A stretch of DNA of 64,000 nucleotides from a virus (lineage: Duplodnaviria; Caudoviricetes), in IMG/VR virus record IMGVR_UViG_2974749469_000001, positions 3,528-67,527 of that record. One strand, 5' to 3'. Within the stretch, counting starts at the first letter, position 1. Every line of letters begins with the position of its first letter. Both the position numbers and the translations under genes were made by a program. Shown piece by piece: positions 19,248 through 29,312 of this stretch. The notes under the pieces were generated by a model. The model had not been told where the DNA came from and did not search any database. It was given only the letters and a program-made list of their open reading frames with translations.

Positions 19248-19931
19248 ATGCCTTCGTTCCAGACCCTCGCCAAGCGACAGGGTGAGCTGATCCGCAAGCC
19301 GCTCGCAGGCGTCATTGCCACTGCGCCCGAGGACTTTGTCCTGGATGCCGAGTTCAAGCTCACCACGCTGGCCGCTGGCGGCGCGATCGAGCTGACCGAG
19401 CTGGACGATTGGGACCAGCTCGGATGGGTCTCGAAGTCCGACGGCGTCGTGTTCGCCGCCGACACCGAGACCAGCGACATCGAGTCCTGGGGTGCTTTGG
19501 AGCCGACCCGCTCCGACATCACCAAGGACGTCACCTCGGCGCAGTTCACCTGCCAGGAGACGAACAAGACCGTCCTGGAGATGTTCTACAACGTCGACCT
19601 GTCGACCGTCTTCGGCGACTTCGACACCGGTGAGGTCGACTTCAACCAGTCGGTCGAGCCGACCACCACCTACCGCCGGATGCTGTTCCTCTCGAAGGAC
19701 GGCAGCGGCCCCAAGGAGGTGTTCATTGGCAAGCTCATGCCGCGGGCGAACGTCTCGGCCAAGAGCGACCAGAACTGGAACTCCGAGGATGCGCTCGTCC
19801 ACGGCATGACGGTCAACGCCAAGGTCGACGACGATCTGGGCTACGCCGTCCGGCACATGTTCGGCGGCGCCGGGTGGAAGGCGCAGCTCACCAAGATGGG
19901 CTTCACCCTCGCGCCCGACCCCACCCCGTAG
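19248..19931 (+). CDS. major tail protein
   Basis: LGWVSKSDG, IESWGALEPTRSDI motifs of actinophage major tail proteins. Confidence 0.88.
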   Translation: MPSFQTLAKRQGELIRKPLAGVIATAPEDFVLDAEFKLTTLAAGGAIELTELDDWDQLGWVSKSDGVVFAADTETSDIESWGALEPTRSDITKDVTSAQFTCQETNKTVLEMFYNVDLSTVFGDFDTGEVDFNQSVEPTTTYRRMLFLSKDGSGPKEVFIGKLMPRANVSAKSDQNWNSEDALVHGMTVNAKVDDDLGYAVRHMFGGAGWKAQLTKMGFTLAPDPTP

Positions 19932-19935
19932 GACC

Positions 19936-19978
19936 CCGGCCCGGCTCACTCTTCCTCCCCGGTAGTGAGCCGGGCCGG
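19936..19978 (+). terminator. perfect 15-bp inverted repeat after major tail gene
   Basis: CCGGCCCGGCTCACT / AGTGAGCCGGGCCGG, 13-nt loop; no U-tract. Confidence 0.6.
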
Positions 19979-20016
19979 ACCCCACCGGGGAGTCAGATTT
20001 CCAGAAGGAGAACACC

Positions 20017-20415
20017 ATGTCGTTCAACGCCGTCAAGCTCGTTCACCCGAAGACCGGCGTCGTCGTCACGGCGACCACCGCGGTCGACCTCACCAACTTC
20101 CGATTCAACGACGGCTACGTGCCGGTCGACACCGCGAAGGTGCTCGTCGGTTCCGAGGACGGTGAGCGGAAGTACCCCAAGCTCGCCGAGGGCCTGAAGG
20201 TCGTCGAGGAGATGGAGGCCGCGGAGAAGGGCGACGAGCCCGCCGAGGAGGCGCCCGCAGCCGACGCCGACACGACCGAGGCGAAGGGCGACGACACCAA
20301 GTCGGCCGACACCGAGGTAGCCTCGACCCAGTCGAAGACCGGCCGTACGGCCAAGGGCTCGACCGCCGCCAAGAGCGGCACAGATGCGACCGGCCAGCAG
20401 GTCGGCGTCAACTAG
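20017..20415 (+). CDS. hypothetical tail-region protein
   Basis: AGAAGGAGA RBS; low-complexity acidic/Thr C-terminus. Confidence 0.75.
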   Translation: MSFNAVKLVHPKTGVVVTATTAVDLTNFRFNDGYVPVDTAKVLVGSEDGERKYPKLAEGLKVVEEMEAAEKGDEPAEEAPAADADTTEAKGDDTKSADTEVASTQSKTGRTAKGSTAAKSGTDATGQQVGVN

Positions 20416-20438
20416 TCGAACTACCGGGGAGGTAGACA

Positions 20439-20753
20439 GTGGGAACCAGTTTCGAGTCGCTTGTCTCTCGCGCGCAGAAGCGCAACAAGGGCAAGAACCG
20501 GAAGCCGTTCGTCCTGGAGATCCAGGACGACGACCCGATCACCATCGCGTATCCCGATGCGGTCAAGTCGATGGAGTACGAGGCGGCCACCACGGTCCGG
20601 GAGCAGATCCGGATCCTGGCTGGCGCCGACTACCCTCGGCTGATGGACCTGTTTCGCGGGGAGGACATCTCCGTGGTTCAGATCCTCCTCACCGAGATGT
20701 GGGATCAGTGGAACGACGACTCGCATGACGTGCCAGGGGGAAAAGAGGTCTGA
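20439..20753 (+). CDS. tail assembly chaperone (short form)
   Basis: Ends ...PGGKEV* over the slippery G GGA AAA. Confidence 0.85.
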   Translation: MGTSFESLVSRAQKRNKGKNRKPFVLEIQDDDPITIAYPDAVKSMEYEAATTVREQIRILAGADYPRLMDLFRGEDISVVQILLTEMWDQWNDDSHDVPGGKEV

Positions 20754-21250
20754 TCGACCTCTTCGACCAGTACGGTCGAGACATCCTCCTGGACTTCCGT
20801 GAGCACTGGAATGGCCTGGATGTCCTGGATTACTTCGACGGCACCCGCTCGTGGTTCGAGTTCTACGAGTTCCTCAACGGGCTGCCGCCACACTCCAGGC
20901 TCCAGGCCAAACTGGCTCTCGACCCAGAGATCGCCGCGGTCATCAAGAAGCGTCGCGAGGACGCCGAGGCCGACGACGACGAGGATGACGAGGACGACGA
21001 GGGCGAAGCAGGCTGGAACCCCCAGACCCGCTCGCAAGAAGGCTTCACACCGGTCATTGCGACGCTCTACACGGTGCTCGAAGCCATCAACGAGATCCCC
21101 CGCACGCTGATCGCGGTCAATGGTCGCAAGCCACCGCGGGCTCAGAAGATCCCTCGGCCGGTCAGCGCGTTGGACATCCTCGAACTCGAAGACGAACGAG
21201 ACGAAATGGCCGATCTCTCGTCCAGGTTTGGCCTTCGCAAGCCGAGCTGA
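20439..21250 (+). CDS. tail assembly chaperone, -1 frameshifted long form
   Basis: Slippery GGGAAAA 20738-20744; -1 frame open from 20744 (RGLIDLFDQYGRDILLDFRE...) to TGA 21248-21250. Confidence 0.85.
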
Positions 21251-21275
21251 GCTAGGATCGGAATCGCCTACCGAG

Positions 21276-21310
21276 AGGGCACCAGGGAACGGAAACCCCT
21301 GGTGCCCTTT
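21276..21310 (+). terminator. 12-bp stem-loop with short U tail
   Basis: AGGGCACCAGGG / CCCTGGTGCCCT then TT. Confidence 0.6.
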
Positions 21311-21337
21311 CGCACATTCGGAGAGGGGTGAGACGGC

Positions 21338-24300
21338 GTGGCGAAGACCTTCCTGGTCGGCGAAGGCGCTGTTCGGCTCATCCCGAACGCCGCCGGATTC
21401 CACGTCAAAGCCCGGAAGGCGATCAAGGAGGGTGGCGGCCTCAACGTCGGCGTCGACCTCCGGCCGGAGACCAAGGCCTTCCGCCAGGAGGCGCGCACCC
21501 GGCTCCAGTCGGTCAAGCTCACCCACGACGTGAAACTGCGTGCCGACGCCGCCGGTTTCAGCCGGGACGCGCAGGCCAAGATCACCGCCACCCGCAATCT
21601 CTCGGCCAACGTCAGCCTGAAGGCCACCCTCGACAAGGGCTCGCTCCGCAGCGCATACGACGCCGCGCGACTCCTGCTCGCCTCGTGGGGTCCGCTGCAC
21701 GTCTCGATCAAGGCCAGCGTGGACGACGCCGACCTTCGGCGGGCCCTGGAGCAGATGCGCGTCCGGGTCGAGTCCGCTCGACTCACCGCGAACATCCGCA
21801 GCCGCGACCGGGGAGGCATCGGCGGCGGTCTCGGTGGAGGCGGCGGTGGTGGGGGTGGAGGGGGTCGACCTCTCCGCACGGCCGCGCGCACCACCGCGGT
21901 CATCGCGGCTCCCATCGTCACCCAGGCCGCGCTCGGCGGTCTTACCGCACTCGTCGGCGCCGCGTCGCAGGCTGCCGGAGCGCTCGGGCTCATCCCCGCG
22001 GCGGCGACCGCTGCCGGAGCGGGTCTCGCCGCGGTGGCCATCGGTGCCGTCGGCATCGGGGGAGCATTCTCTGCGCTCAGCGACGCCTCGGAACAGGCCG
22101 GGAGCGCGGTCACCCAGAGCGCCAGTCAGCAGGCCTCGGCGCAGCGTCAGATCGCGCAGGCTGACCGCGGACTCGCCACCGCGCACCGCGGGGTCACCCG
22201 CGCGCTCGAAGACCTGAACAACGAGCGCCGCAACGCTGTTCGTCGCCTCCGCGACATGAACGACGAGCTGAAGATGGCTCCGATCAACGAGCGCGAGGGA
22301 GCGCTCGCGATCAAGGAGAGCTACAAGCGGCTCCAGGAGGCCTACGCCTCCGGCGACGTCCTCGAAATCGAGGGTGCGCAGATCGACGTGGAGAAGTCGA
22401 AGCTCCAGTACGACCAGATCCGCAAGCAGAACTCGGACCTGGCCGCCGACGTCGCGATCGCGAACAAGAAGGGAGTCGAGGGAGACTCCCAGGTCATCGC
22501 GGCCAAGGACGGCGTCGTCGACGCCAACAACGCGCTCATCGACGCGCAGGACGCGCTCACCTCGGCGATGGAGTCGGCGGCCGAGGCCACGAAGCAGATG
22601 GCGGCCGGGACCGACAAGCTCGCGCAGGCGATGGCGAAGCTCTCTCCCAACGCGCAGGACTTCGTTCGGAAGATCCACGCGCTCGGACCAGCATGGACCG
22701 AGACGCGAAAGTTCATTCAGGACAACCTGTTTGCCCATCTCGGCGACTCCGTCACCCGACTGGCCGGAGTTCAGCTTCCGGTGCTCCGGACCGGGCTGGC
22801 GGGGATCGCCTCCGAGATCAACCTCGGCGTGCGCGGCGCGCTGGCGACTTTCTCCACCGAGATGGCCGCCGCCGACTTCACGACCACGCTGGAGAACACC
22901 CGGCAGATGTGGGCCGGGATCGGACAGAGCTTCGCTCCGTTCTCGCAGGCCTTCATGAACCTCGCGACCGTCGGCTCGGAGTTCATGCCCCGGCTCGGTA
23001 CAGCGGTCGCGAACATGGCCAACGAGTTCAAGCAGTTCACCGACGAAGCCCGGGCCGACGGCTCGATGCAGGAGTTCTTCGAGAACTCCCTGACTATGGC
23101 CAAGCAGCTCGGTCGCATTCTGGCCAACGTCGGAGCCATTGTCGGAGAGGTCTTCTCGGCCGGAGCCGAGGTCGGCGGGGGCTTCCTCAACACCATCGAG
23201 ACCGCGACCGGCGAGCTGCGTGAGTTCCTCGGGTCGGCCGAGGGACAGACGGCGCTCACCACCTTCTTCGAGGGTGTCCGGGTCGCCGTGCAAACGCTCG
23301 CCCCCATCATCCAGATCGTCGCGTCGACGATCCTCACCGTTCTCGGACCCGCACTGACCGACCTCGTCATCGGGCTCGGCCCGGGCCTGGTCGCCATGTT
23401 CGAGGGGCTCTCGGTCGGACTCGCGGCGATCCAACCGGTGATGCAGGTCGTCGGCCAGGCCATCGGCACTATCGGTGTCGAGCTGGGTGAGGTCTTCAAG
23501 GTCATCGGCCCGGTCATCGCCGAGACCCTGTCTGCGCTCGCACCGGCGGTCCAGCCGCTCGCGCAGGCCTTCGGCTCCCTGATCACCGCGGTGGCGCCGA
23601 TCCTGCCGCTCCTCGCGCAGCTCGTCGCGCAGCTCGTCGGCGCGCTGGCGCCGGTCCTGACCACTCTCTTCGACGCGCTTGCGCCGGTCATTTCGCAGCT
23701 CGTCGAGGCCCTGATGCCGGTCATCCCACCGCTCGCGGAGGTGCTCGGCCGACTCGCTGGCGTCTTCGGCGAGATCATCGCGACGCTGCTCGGCGCGCTC
23801 GGACCGGTGCTCGTCGATCTGGTGAACACCTTCATGGACCTGATCGTGCAGGTCATGCCGTTCACGAACCTGCTTCTCGATCTCGTCGCCGAGGTGCTCC
23901 CGGCCTTCGCGTCGATCCTGACCGAGATCCTCCCGCTGCTTCCGGCGCTCGTCCAGCCGCTCGTCGAGCTGGCCATGGCCGTGCTGCCGAAGCTGCTCCC
24001 GGTGTTCCAGGCGCTCGTGCCGATCATCGGCGAGGTCATGAAGTTCATCGCGGGCATCATCTCGTGGGCCATCCGCGAAGTGATCGTCCCGGTAATCACT
24101 TGGCTATCAACGCCTTTGGAGAATATCGGCCGCGTCTTCGGCTGGTTGTGGAATGAAGCGATCAAGCCAGCCTGGGACGGGATCACCAACGCGATCTCGT
24201 GGGGCTGGGAGAACCTGATCTCCCCGGCTTTCGATGCGCTCCAGACCGGGATCTCGCGCGTCGGTGACTTCTTCTCCGATGTCGTCGACGGAATCCAGAT

Positions 24301-26740
24301 CGCCTGGGGCAGACTGCAATCCGCGGCCTCGACTCCGATCAACTGGGTGATCAACCACGTGATCAACGGCGGCATCGGCCGCGCGTGGAAGGCCGTCGAC
24401 AACTTCCTCGGCGGGCACCTGCCGGACTGGGTCGATGTCAGCCCGATCGGAATGGCTGTCGGTGGCGAGGTCCCGATGGCGAAAGGTGCTGAGCGAGGCA
24501 AGGACTCGGTCCGCATCCTGGGTATGCCGGGCGAGCACATGTGGGACGTCGAAGACGTTCATCGCGCCGGTGGCCAGAAGGCGATGTACCGGATGCGTGA
24601 CATGGTCATGCGCGGGGAGCCGTTCACCTGGACCCCTGGCGGCCTGGCTGCCGCGACCGGCGACGGCGCGCTGCCGCGCTACGCCAAGGGTGGCGAGCTG
24701 TCGGCCGGTGACAAGCTCTCCCCGCTCCCGGGCGAGGGAGGTCTCCAGCCGATCGCGCAGCTCATGGCGCGCATCATCAAGGGCACCTGGCCCAAGACAG
24801 TCTCGTCCATCGGCGGGTACCGGCCGCCGGACGGCTACAACGAGCACTCGTCCGGCCGCGCGCTAGACGTCATGGTGACCGAGCTGGGAGGCAAGACCGG
24901 CGACGAGGTCACCGACTTCTCGATGGCGAACCACCCGAACTACCCGGTGACGCACACCATCTGGAAGCAGATGATGCACTACCCTCCGGACGGTCGCACC
25001 GAGGGAATGGACGACCGCGGGTCGCCGACGCAGAACCACATGGACCACCCGCACATCTGGTACGCGCCGAACCAGGGCCCGATCAACCCCAACGTCATGC
25101 CGGACAACATCGTGTTCGGCGGGGTCACCGACGCCGGTGTGCGCAAGGGCATCACCGCGTGGGCCGAGAAGGCCTTCAACACCGCGCTCGCCCCGGTGAA
25201 GAAGCTGCTCGACACCCAGGCGTTCAACCCGCCGCCGGAGATCAAGGCGACCCCGCGCGAGCTGTACAAGGGTGTCGTTCAGCCCGCCAAGGAGAAGCTC
25301 CTCGACAAGGTGTCGGAGCTGACCTCCATGGAGGGCTGGAAGAACATGCTCGGCGGCGCCGTGGACAAGGTCCGCAAGGGTGCTGGCGGTCTCCTCGGCG
25401 GGATCGCGAAGCTGTTCGACACTGGCGGCGTCGTCCGGCCGGGCACCACCGTGGTCCAGAACGACACCGGCCAGGACGAGTACCTGCTCAACCCGCTCGA
25501 CACGCTGATGCTGCGCGGGCTGATCGGCGCGCTCCGCGGCATCGGCATCAACCCGAAGATCGAGCAGCAGGCGCCGCTGACCCCCGAGGGCACCGGGCCC
25601 GCAGACGTCAATATCGCTGGCGTCGGCGGCCAGTCGACGACCCCGGGAGAGCTGCCCGTTCCGCAGCAGGACGAGATCAAGCCGCCGACGGCTCAGGATC
25701 TCGACGGTGGGCTGGCGGGGACCGGCTCCGGCGCCGCAACGATCCCGCTGAAGCGCAACCCCGACGGCACGTACACCTCGACCGACCCCGAATGGGCCAA
25801 GCTCATCCAGCGGGAGTCCGGTGGCGACCCCACGGTCACCCAGAAGGTCACCGACGTCAACTCCGGCGGCAACGAGGCGTCGGGCTTGTTCCAGATCGCC
25901 AAGGGCACCTGGGCCTCGAACGGCGGGACGAAGTACGCGCCGACGGCGGGCCAGGCTACCCCCGAACAGCAGGCCGAGATCGCCGCGAAGATCTTCAACG
26001 ACCAGGGTGGCTCCCCCTGGGGGTCTGGTGCTGATCAGAACTTCGGCCGCGAGGACGAGGCGCTGCTGCGCGCGGGCATCCGCCCCGCCACCCCGGCGGG
26101 CACGAAGGACGATCCGGTTTCGGTCACCGTCGACACTCCGTCGGCCGACCCGTCGAAGGACTGGCCGACCACCGCGGAGACCAAGCCTGGCGACAAGACC
26201 GGGTCGGCGTATGGCCAGAATCTTCAGGGTGCGGCGATCGGGCCCAATGGCGAGTACAAGCCGGACCGGAACGTCACCCCGGGACCGAGCGGCACCGCGG
26301 CGCAGAAGCCGATGTTCATCAACCCCTTCGATACCTTCGAGGGGAAGATCGGGCAGAGCTTCGCCGAGCACACCCCTCTCGGAATCGGCGGTCCGCAGGT
26401 CTCCAAGCTCGCCGAGAAGGCCCCGGCCATCACCGAGCTGGCCAACGGCGTCGCGCAGAACATCCCGGCCTACGCCGCCGCGCTGGCGGGCAACCCGGCC
26501 ATGCTCGCTGAGAAGGTCGCCACCGCCACCGGCGCCTGGGCCACGAAGACCGCGACCGACTTCGCGAGCTACGTCCCCGAGAACGCCGGAGGCATGGTCG
26601 AGTCGCTGCTGTCCGCAGCCGCGGGCCCGCTGATTGGTACGGTGAACACCGGCCTGAGCAAGGACGACTTGACGTCAACCATGGAGGACGTCCAGAACCG
26701 GCAGATCAGGCGAACCAAGACCGGGCGACGGAGGATCTGA
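21338..26740 (+). CDS. tape measure protein with peptidase-like and Rpf/transglycosylase-like domains
   Basis: 1800 aa helical repeats; NEHSSGRALDVM...NHMDHPHI; LIQRESGG...ASGLFQIAKGTW...QGGSPW. Confidence 0.93.
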   Translation: MAKTFLVGEGAVRLIPNAAGFHVKARKAIKEGGGLNVGVDLRPETKAFRQEARTRLQSVKLTHDVKLRADAAGFSRDAQAKITATRNLSANVSLKATLDKGSLRSAYDAARLLLASWGPLHVSIKASVDDADLRRALEQMRVRVESARLTANIRSRDRGGIGGGLGGGGGGGGGGGRPLRTAARTTAVIAAPIVTQAALGGLTALVGAASQAAGALGLIPAAATAAGAGLAAVAIGAVGIGGAFSALSDASEQAGSAVTQSASQQASAQRQIAQADRGLATAHRGVTRALEDLNNERRNAVRRLRDMNDELKMAPINEREGALAIKESYKRLQEAYASGDVLEIEGAQIDVEKSKLQYDQIRKQNSDLAADVAIANKKGVEGDSQVIAAKDGVVDANNALIDAQDALTSAMESAAEATKQMAAGTDKLAQAMAKLSPNAQDFVRKIHALGPAWTETRKFIQDNLFAHLGDSVTRLAGVQLPVLRTGLAGIASEINLGVRGALATFSTEMAAADFTTTLENTRQMWAGIGQSFAPFSQAFMNLATVGSEFMPRLGTAVANMANEFKQFTDEARADGSMQEFFENSLTMAKQLGRILANVGAIVGEVFSAGAEVGGGFLNTIETATGELREFLGSAEGQTALTTFFEGVRVAVQTLAPIIQIVASTILTVLGPALTDLVIGLGPGLVAMFEGLSVGLAAIQPVMQVVGQAIGTIGVELGEVFKVIGPVIAETLSALAPAVQPLAQAFGSLITAVAPILPLLAQLVAQLVGALAPVLTTLFDALAPVISQLVEALMPVIPPLAEVLGRLAGVFGEIIATLLGALGPVLVDLVNTFMDLIVQVMPFTNLLLDLVAEVLPAFASILTEILPLLPALVQPLVELAMAVLPKLLPVFQALVPIIGEVMKFIAGIISWAIREVIVPVITWLSTPLENIGRVFGWLWNEAIKPAWDGITNAISWGWENLISPAFDALQTGISRVGDFFSDVVDGIQIAWGRLQSAASTPINWVINHVINGGIGRAWKAVDNFLGGHLPDWVDVSPIGMAVGGEVPMAKGAERGKDSVRILGMPGEHMWDVEDVHRAGGQKAMYRMRDMVMRGEPFTWTPGGLAAATGDGALPRYAKGGELSAGDKLSPLPGEGGLQPIAQLMARIIKGTWPKTVSSIGGYRPPDGYNEHSSGRALDVMVTELGGKTGDEVTDFSMANHPNYPVTHTIWKQMMHYPPDGRTEGMDDRGSPTQNHMDHPHIWYAPNQGPINPNVMPDNIVFGGVTDAGVRKGITAWAEKAFNTALAPVKKLLDTQAFNPPPEIKATPRELYKGVVQPAKEKLLDKVSELTSMEGWKNMLGGAVDKVRKGAGGLLGGIAKLFDTGGVVRPGTTVVQNDTGQDEYLLNPLDTLMLRGLIGALRGIGINPKIEQQAPLTPEGTGPADVNIAGVGGQSTTPGELPVPQQDEIKPPTAQDLDGGLAGTGSGAATIPLKRNPDGTYTSTDPEWAKLIQRESGGDPTVTQKVTDVNSGGNEASGLFQIAKGTWASNGGTKYAPTAGQATPEQQAEIAAKIFNDQGGSPWGSGADQNFGREDEALLRAGIRPATPAGTKDDPVSVTVDTPSADPSKDWPTTAETKPGDKTGSAYGQNLQGAAIGPNGEYKPDRNVTPGPSGTAAQKPMFINPFDTFEGKIGQSFAEHTPLGIGGPQVSKLAEKAPAITELANGVAQNIPAYAAALAGNPAMLAEKVATATGAWATKTATDFASYVPENAGGMVESLLSAAAGPLIGTVNTGLSKDDLTSTMEDVQNRQIRRTKTGRRRI

Positions 26741-27657
26741 TGGGGGCTCTGAGCCGCGGAGACAAGACCTGGGTCATCTACCGCGGGCCGGAGGGTGGCC
26801 GGTTCTGGCTGTCCGGGATGCCCGGACGCGGGAAGCAGGGTGTCGAGCTGGCCAACGGGCTCGTCGGACTCGACCGGCCGCCAACGGAACTGGTCTGGCT
26901 CCAGGAGGCGAAGCAGAACGGCGCCGATCTCGTCGGTTCCAACGTCGACGTCCGCACGGTCAAGGGTGCGGTGAACATCCTGGGTCGGACTCCGCGGGAG
27001 CTGCGCGCGGCCTTCGACGAGTGGCAGCGGAACAACTTCTTCGACCGGTACTCCCGGCTGTTCTTCATCAATAGCTACAGCGGTGTCCGGTACCTCGACG
27101 TGCTCCTCGGCGAGTCGACGAACCAGTCGCTCGACAAGGACCCCGCGCTACTCCGACGGATCGCCGACTACCCCTGGACGTTCGTCAGCCCGAACCCCTA
27201 CTACAAGGGCTACACCGAGGAGTTCACCGGCAAGATCCCGGCCAGCGGAGAGTCGACCGTCGAGATCAAGGTGCGCAATCTCGGCTCAGCGCCGCGGACC
27301 TACCCGCGGATCTATCTGCCCGGGCCCGGCGTCTGGCACATCCCTCGGGGGACTCGCGCAGCGAACTGGCGTGGCGAGGAGAAGCTCGGGCCGATCGACA
27401 ACGAGGACACGATCCCGCTCCCCGCGCTGAAGACCGGCGAGGGCATCTGGCTCAATCCGGATCCGCGCATCGAGACCATCACCCGGGAGTCGACAGACGG
27501 CAAGGAGAAGAACCTCTGGGCACAGATGAGCGGGCAGCGGCCGAGGCTCTGGCTCAATCCCCGCAGCGAGGAGACCTGGAAGTTTCGAGTCACCGGCGGG
27601 GTGTCCGGTCGCGAGGTTCGCATGGTCGTCCAGCCCCTCTACCTGACGTTCTGGTGA
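26740..27657 (+). CDS. minor tail protein (distal tail-like)
   Basis: First gene after the tape measure, 305 aa. Confidence 0.8.
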   Translation: MGALSRGDKTWVIYRGPEGGRFWLSGMPGRGKQGVELANGLVGLDRPPTELVWLQEAKQNGADLVGSNVDVRTVKGAVNILGRTPRELRAAFDEWQRNNFFDRYSRLFFINSYSGVRYLDVLLGESTNQSLDKDPALLRRIADYPWTFVSPNPYYKGYTEEFTGKIPASGESTVEIKVRNLGSAPRTYPRIYLPGPGVWHIPRGTRAANWRGEEKLGPIDNEDTIPLPALKTGEGIWLNPDPRIETITRESTDGKEKNLWAQMSGQRPRLWLNPRSEETWKFRVTGGVSGREVRMVVQPLYLTFW

Positions 27658-27661
27658 GCCG

Positions 27662-29281
27662 ATGACTACCGCATTCATGGACCCGCCACCCATCTCGATG
27701 GACGACCGCGGGATCATCCCCTCGTGGCGCACCGAGGTCGACATCGAGGTCCGTCGCTGGATCGACGACGACCCGATGGGCCTGGAGGGCTACTGCAACG
27801 ACTTCATCGGCGCCGAACTCGACTTCGCCGAGAACGAGACCGGCCCGGGTCAGATCGAGGTCCCCCACAACTCTCGGTGGGCCAAGATCTTCGCGAACTG
27901 CGACAACGAGAACGTTTTCGTTCATGCCCTGGTCAACGGCAAGTGGTGGACCGGTCGTGTCGACAAATGCCGCAAGCGCCGAAAGGGCAAGAAGCGCACC
28001 GTCATTGCCGAGCTGGTCAGTGACTACGTCTGGCTCGAATCGATGTTCTGCTGGCCAAACAACTTCACCCCCTTGGGATTCCAGTGGCCCAAGAAGAATG
28101 TGAAGCTGATGCCGACGAAGTCGATGATCGAGAGCTACATCTTCGAGGTCGTCTTCCGGCTCCAGGCGTTCGGCAGTGGTCTCTACCGGTTCCCGATCGG
28201 TTTCTTCAACGACCCCGGCAAGCACTGGTGGTCGATGAACGTCAAGGACTGGGCGCAGCCATGCGTGGTGATTCCCGGCAACGTCCTCTACGACACGACC
28301 CGATGGAACGCACTGCTCGCGCGGATGACCCCGCTCGACGAGCTGTTCAAGGAGGTCGCCTACGACGAGCACGTCGTCATCGAGGCGCAGGCCTGGGTCA
28401 AGGGCCGAGACCCGCAGCCGTCCAAGGACATCACCCTCGACAAGTCGTGCATCTACTTCCAGGTCAAGGACAAACGAGGGGTCACCGGCCGCACCGGAAC
28501 GCTGCTCGACGGCCTGTTCAACACCATCATCGACACGATCAGCCCGGTCGTGGAGAACGTCGTCGGCGCCTTCACCGAGAACAGCTCGATGTACTCGCTG
28601 TCGAAGTTCTACGGCACCGACCCCAAGGACCCCTGGGTGGTCATCCGCGAGGACGACCTCGACGATGACATCGACGAGTCCGAAGTCATCATCAACAGCC
28701 CCCAGGCCCACACCGGGATCGTCGGCGGTCAGGCCCCTGAGTGGCTGAACAAGGGTATCGAGATGGTCGCCAACGCGGCGATCGGCGGGATTCTGGCCAT
28801 GGCGGGGATCTCGTTCCTGTCGGACCTGATCAGCGGCGAACTCTCCGACATCGTCATGGCCTTCCAGAGCCAGACAAACGAGCGGCTGCGCGCCAAGTTC
28901 GGCATCTTCATGCTCCCGGAGGCTTTCGCGGGCACCGGCACCACTGCGTATACCTTCGACGCGGTCCAGGCTCTCCGCAAGATCATGTATGAGACCCGGC
29001 CGTACCGGTCGTTCTCGGTCACGATCACCGACGGGAAGCCCTTCATCCCGTTCGTCCACTTCGACATCGGGGACCCGATCGGGTGGGAGGACGAAGGCGA
29101 GATCCACGTCGATTACGTGCGCCGGATCACGGTCACACTCAGCCGCGAGCGAAAGACGAAGATCACGATCAAGGTCGGTGACGACCAGGGATTGAAGGAC
29201 CCCATGGAGGCAGCGATGAAGCGAGTGCAGGGGGTCAAGCAGGCCTTCGACTTCTGGACTTTGTCGGACGCTGGGTCCTGA
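27662..29281 (+). CDS. minor tail protein (baseplate hub, Gp37-like)
   Basis: 539 aa; FDIGD near C-terminus; position. Confidence 0.82.
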   Translation: MTTAFMDPPPISMDDRGIIPSWRTEVDIEVRRWIDDDPMGLEGYCNDFIGAELDFAENETGPGQIEVPHNSRWAKIFANCDNENVFVHALVNGKWWTGRVDKCRKRRKGKKRTVIAELVSDYVWLESMFCWPNNFTPLGFQWPKKNVKLMPTKSMIESYIFEVVFRLQAFGSGLYRFPIGFFNDPGKHWWSMNVKDWAQPCVVIPGNVLYDTTRWNALLARMTPLDELFKEVAYDEHVVIEAQAWVKGRDPQPSKDITLDKSCIYFQVKDKRGVTGRTGTLLDGLFNTIIDTISPVVENVVGAFTENSSMYSLSKFYGTDPKDPWVVIREDDLDDDIDESEVIINSPQAHTGIVGGQAPEWLNKGIEMVANAAIGGILAMAGISFLSDLISGELSDIVMAFQSQTNERLRAKFGIFMLPEAFAGTGTTAYTFDAVQALRKIMYETRPYRSFSVTITDGKPFIPFVHFDIGDPIGWEDEGEIHVDYVRRITVTLSRERKTKITIKVGDDQGLKDPMEAAMKRVQGVKQAFDFWTLSDAGS

Positions 29282-29312
29282 CCGATAGACTGACCGCGAC
29301 CGAGGGAGAGAG

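Noticed and set aside
21820-21870. GGC/GGT run in the tape measure and GAC/GAG runs in the scaffold, chaperone and SSB genes
   Set aside because: These are Gly or acidic linkers at protein level, not DNA repeat elements
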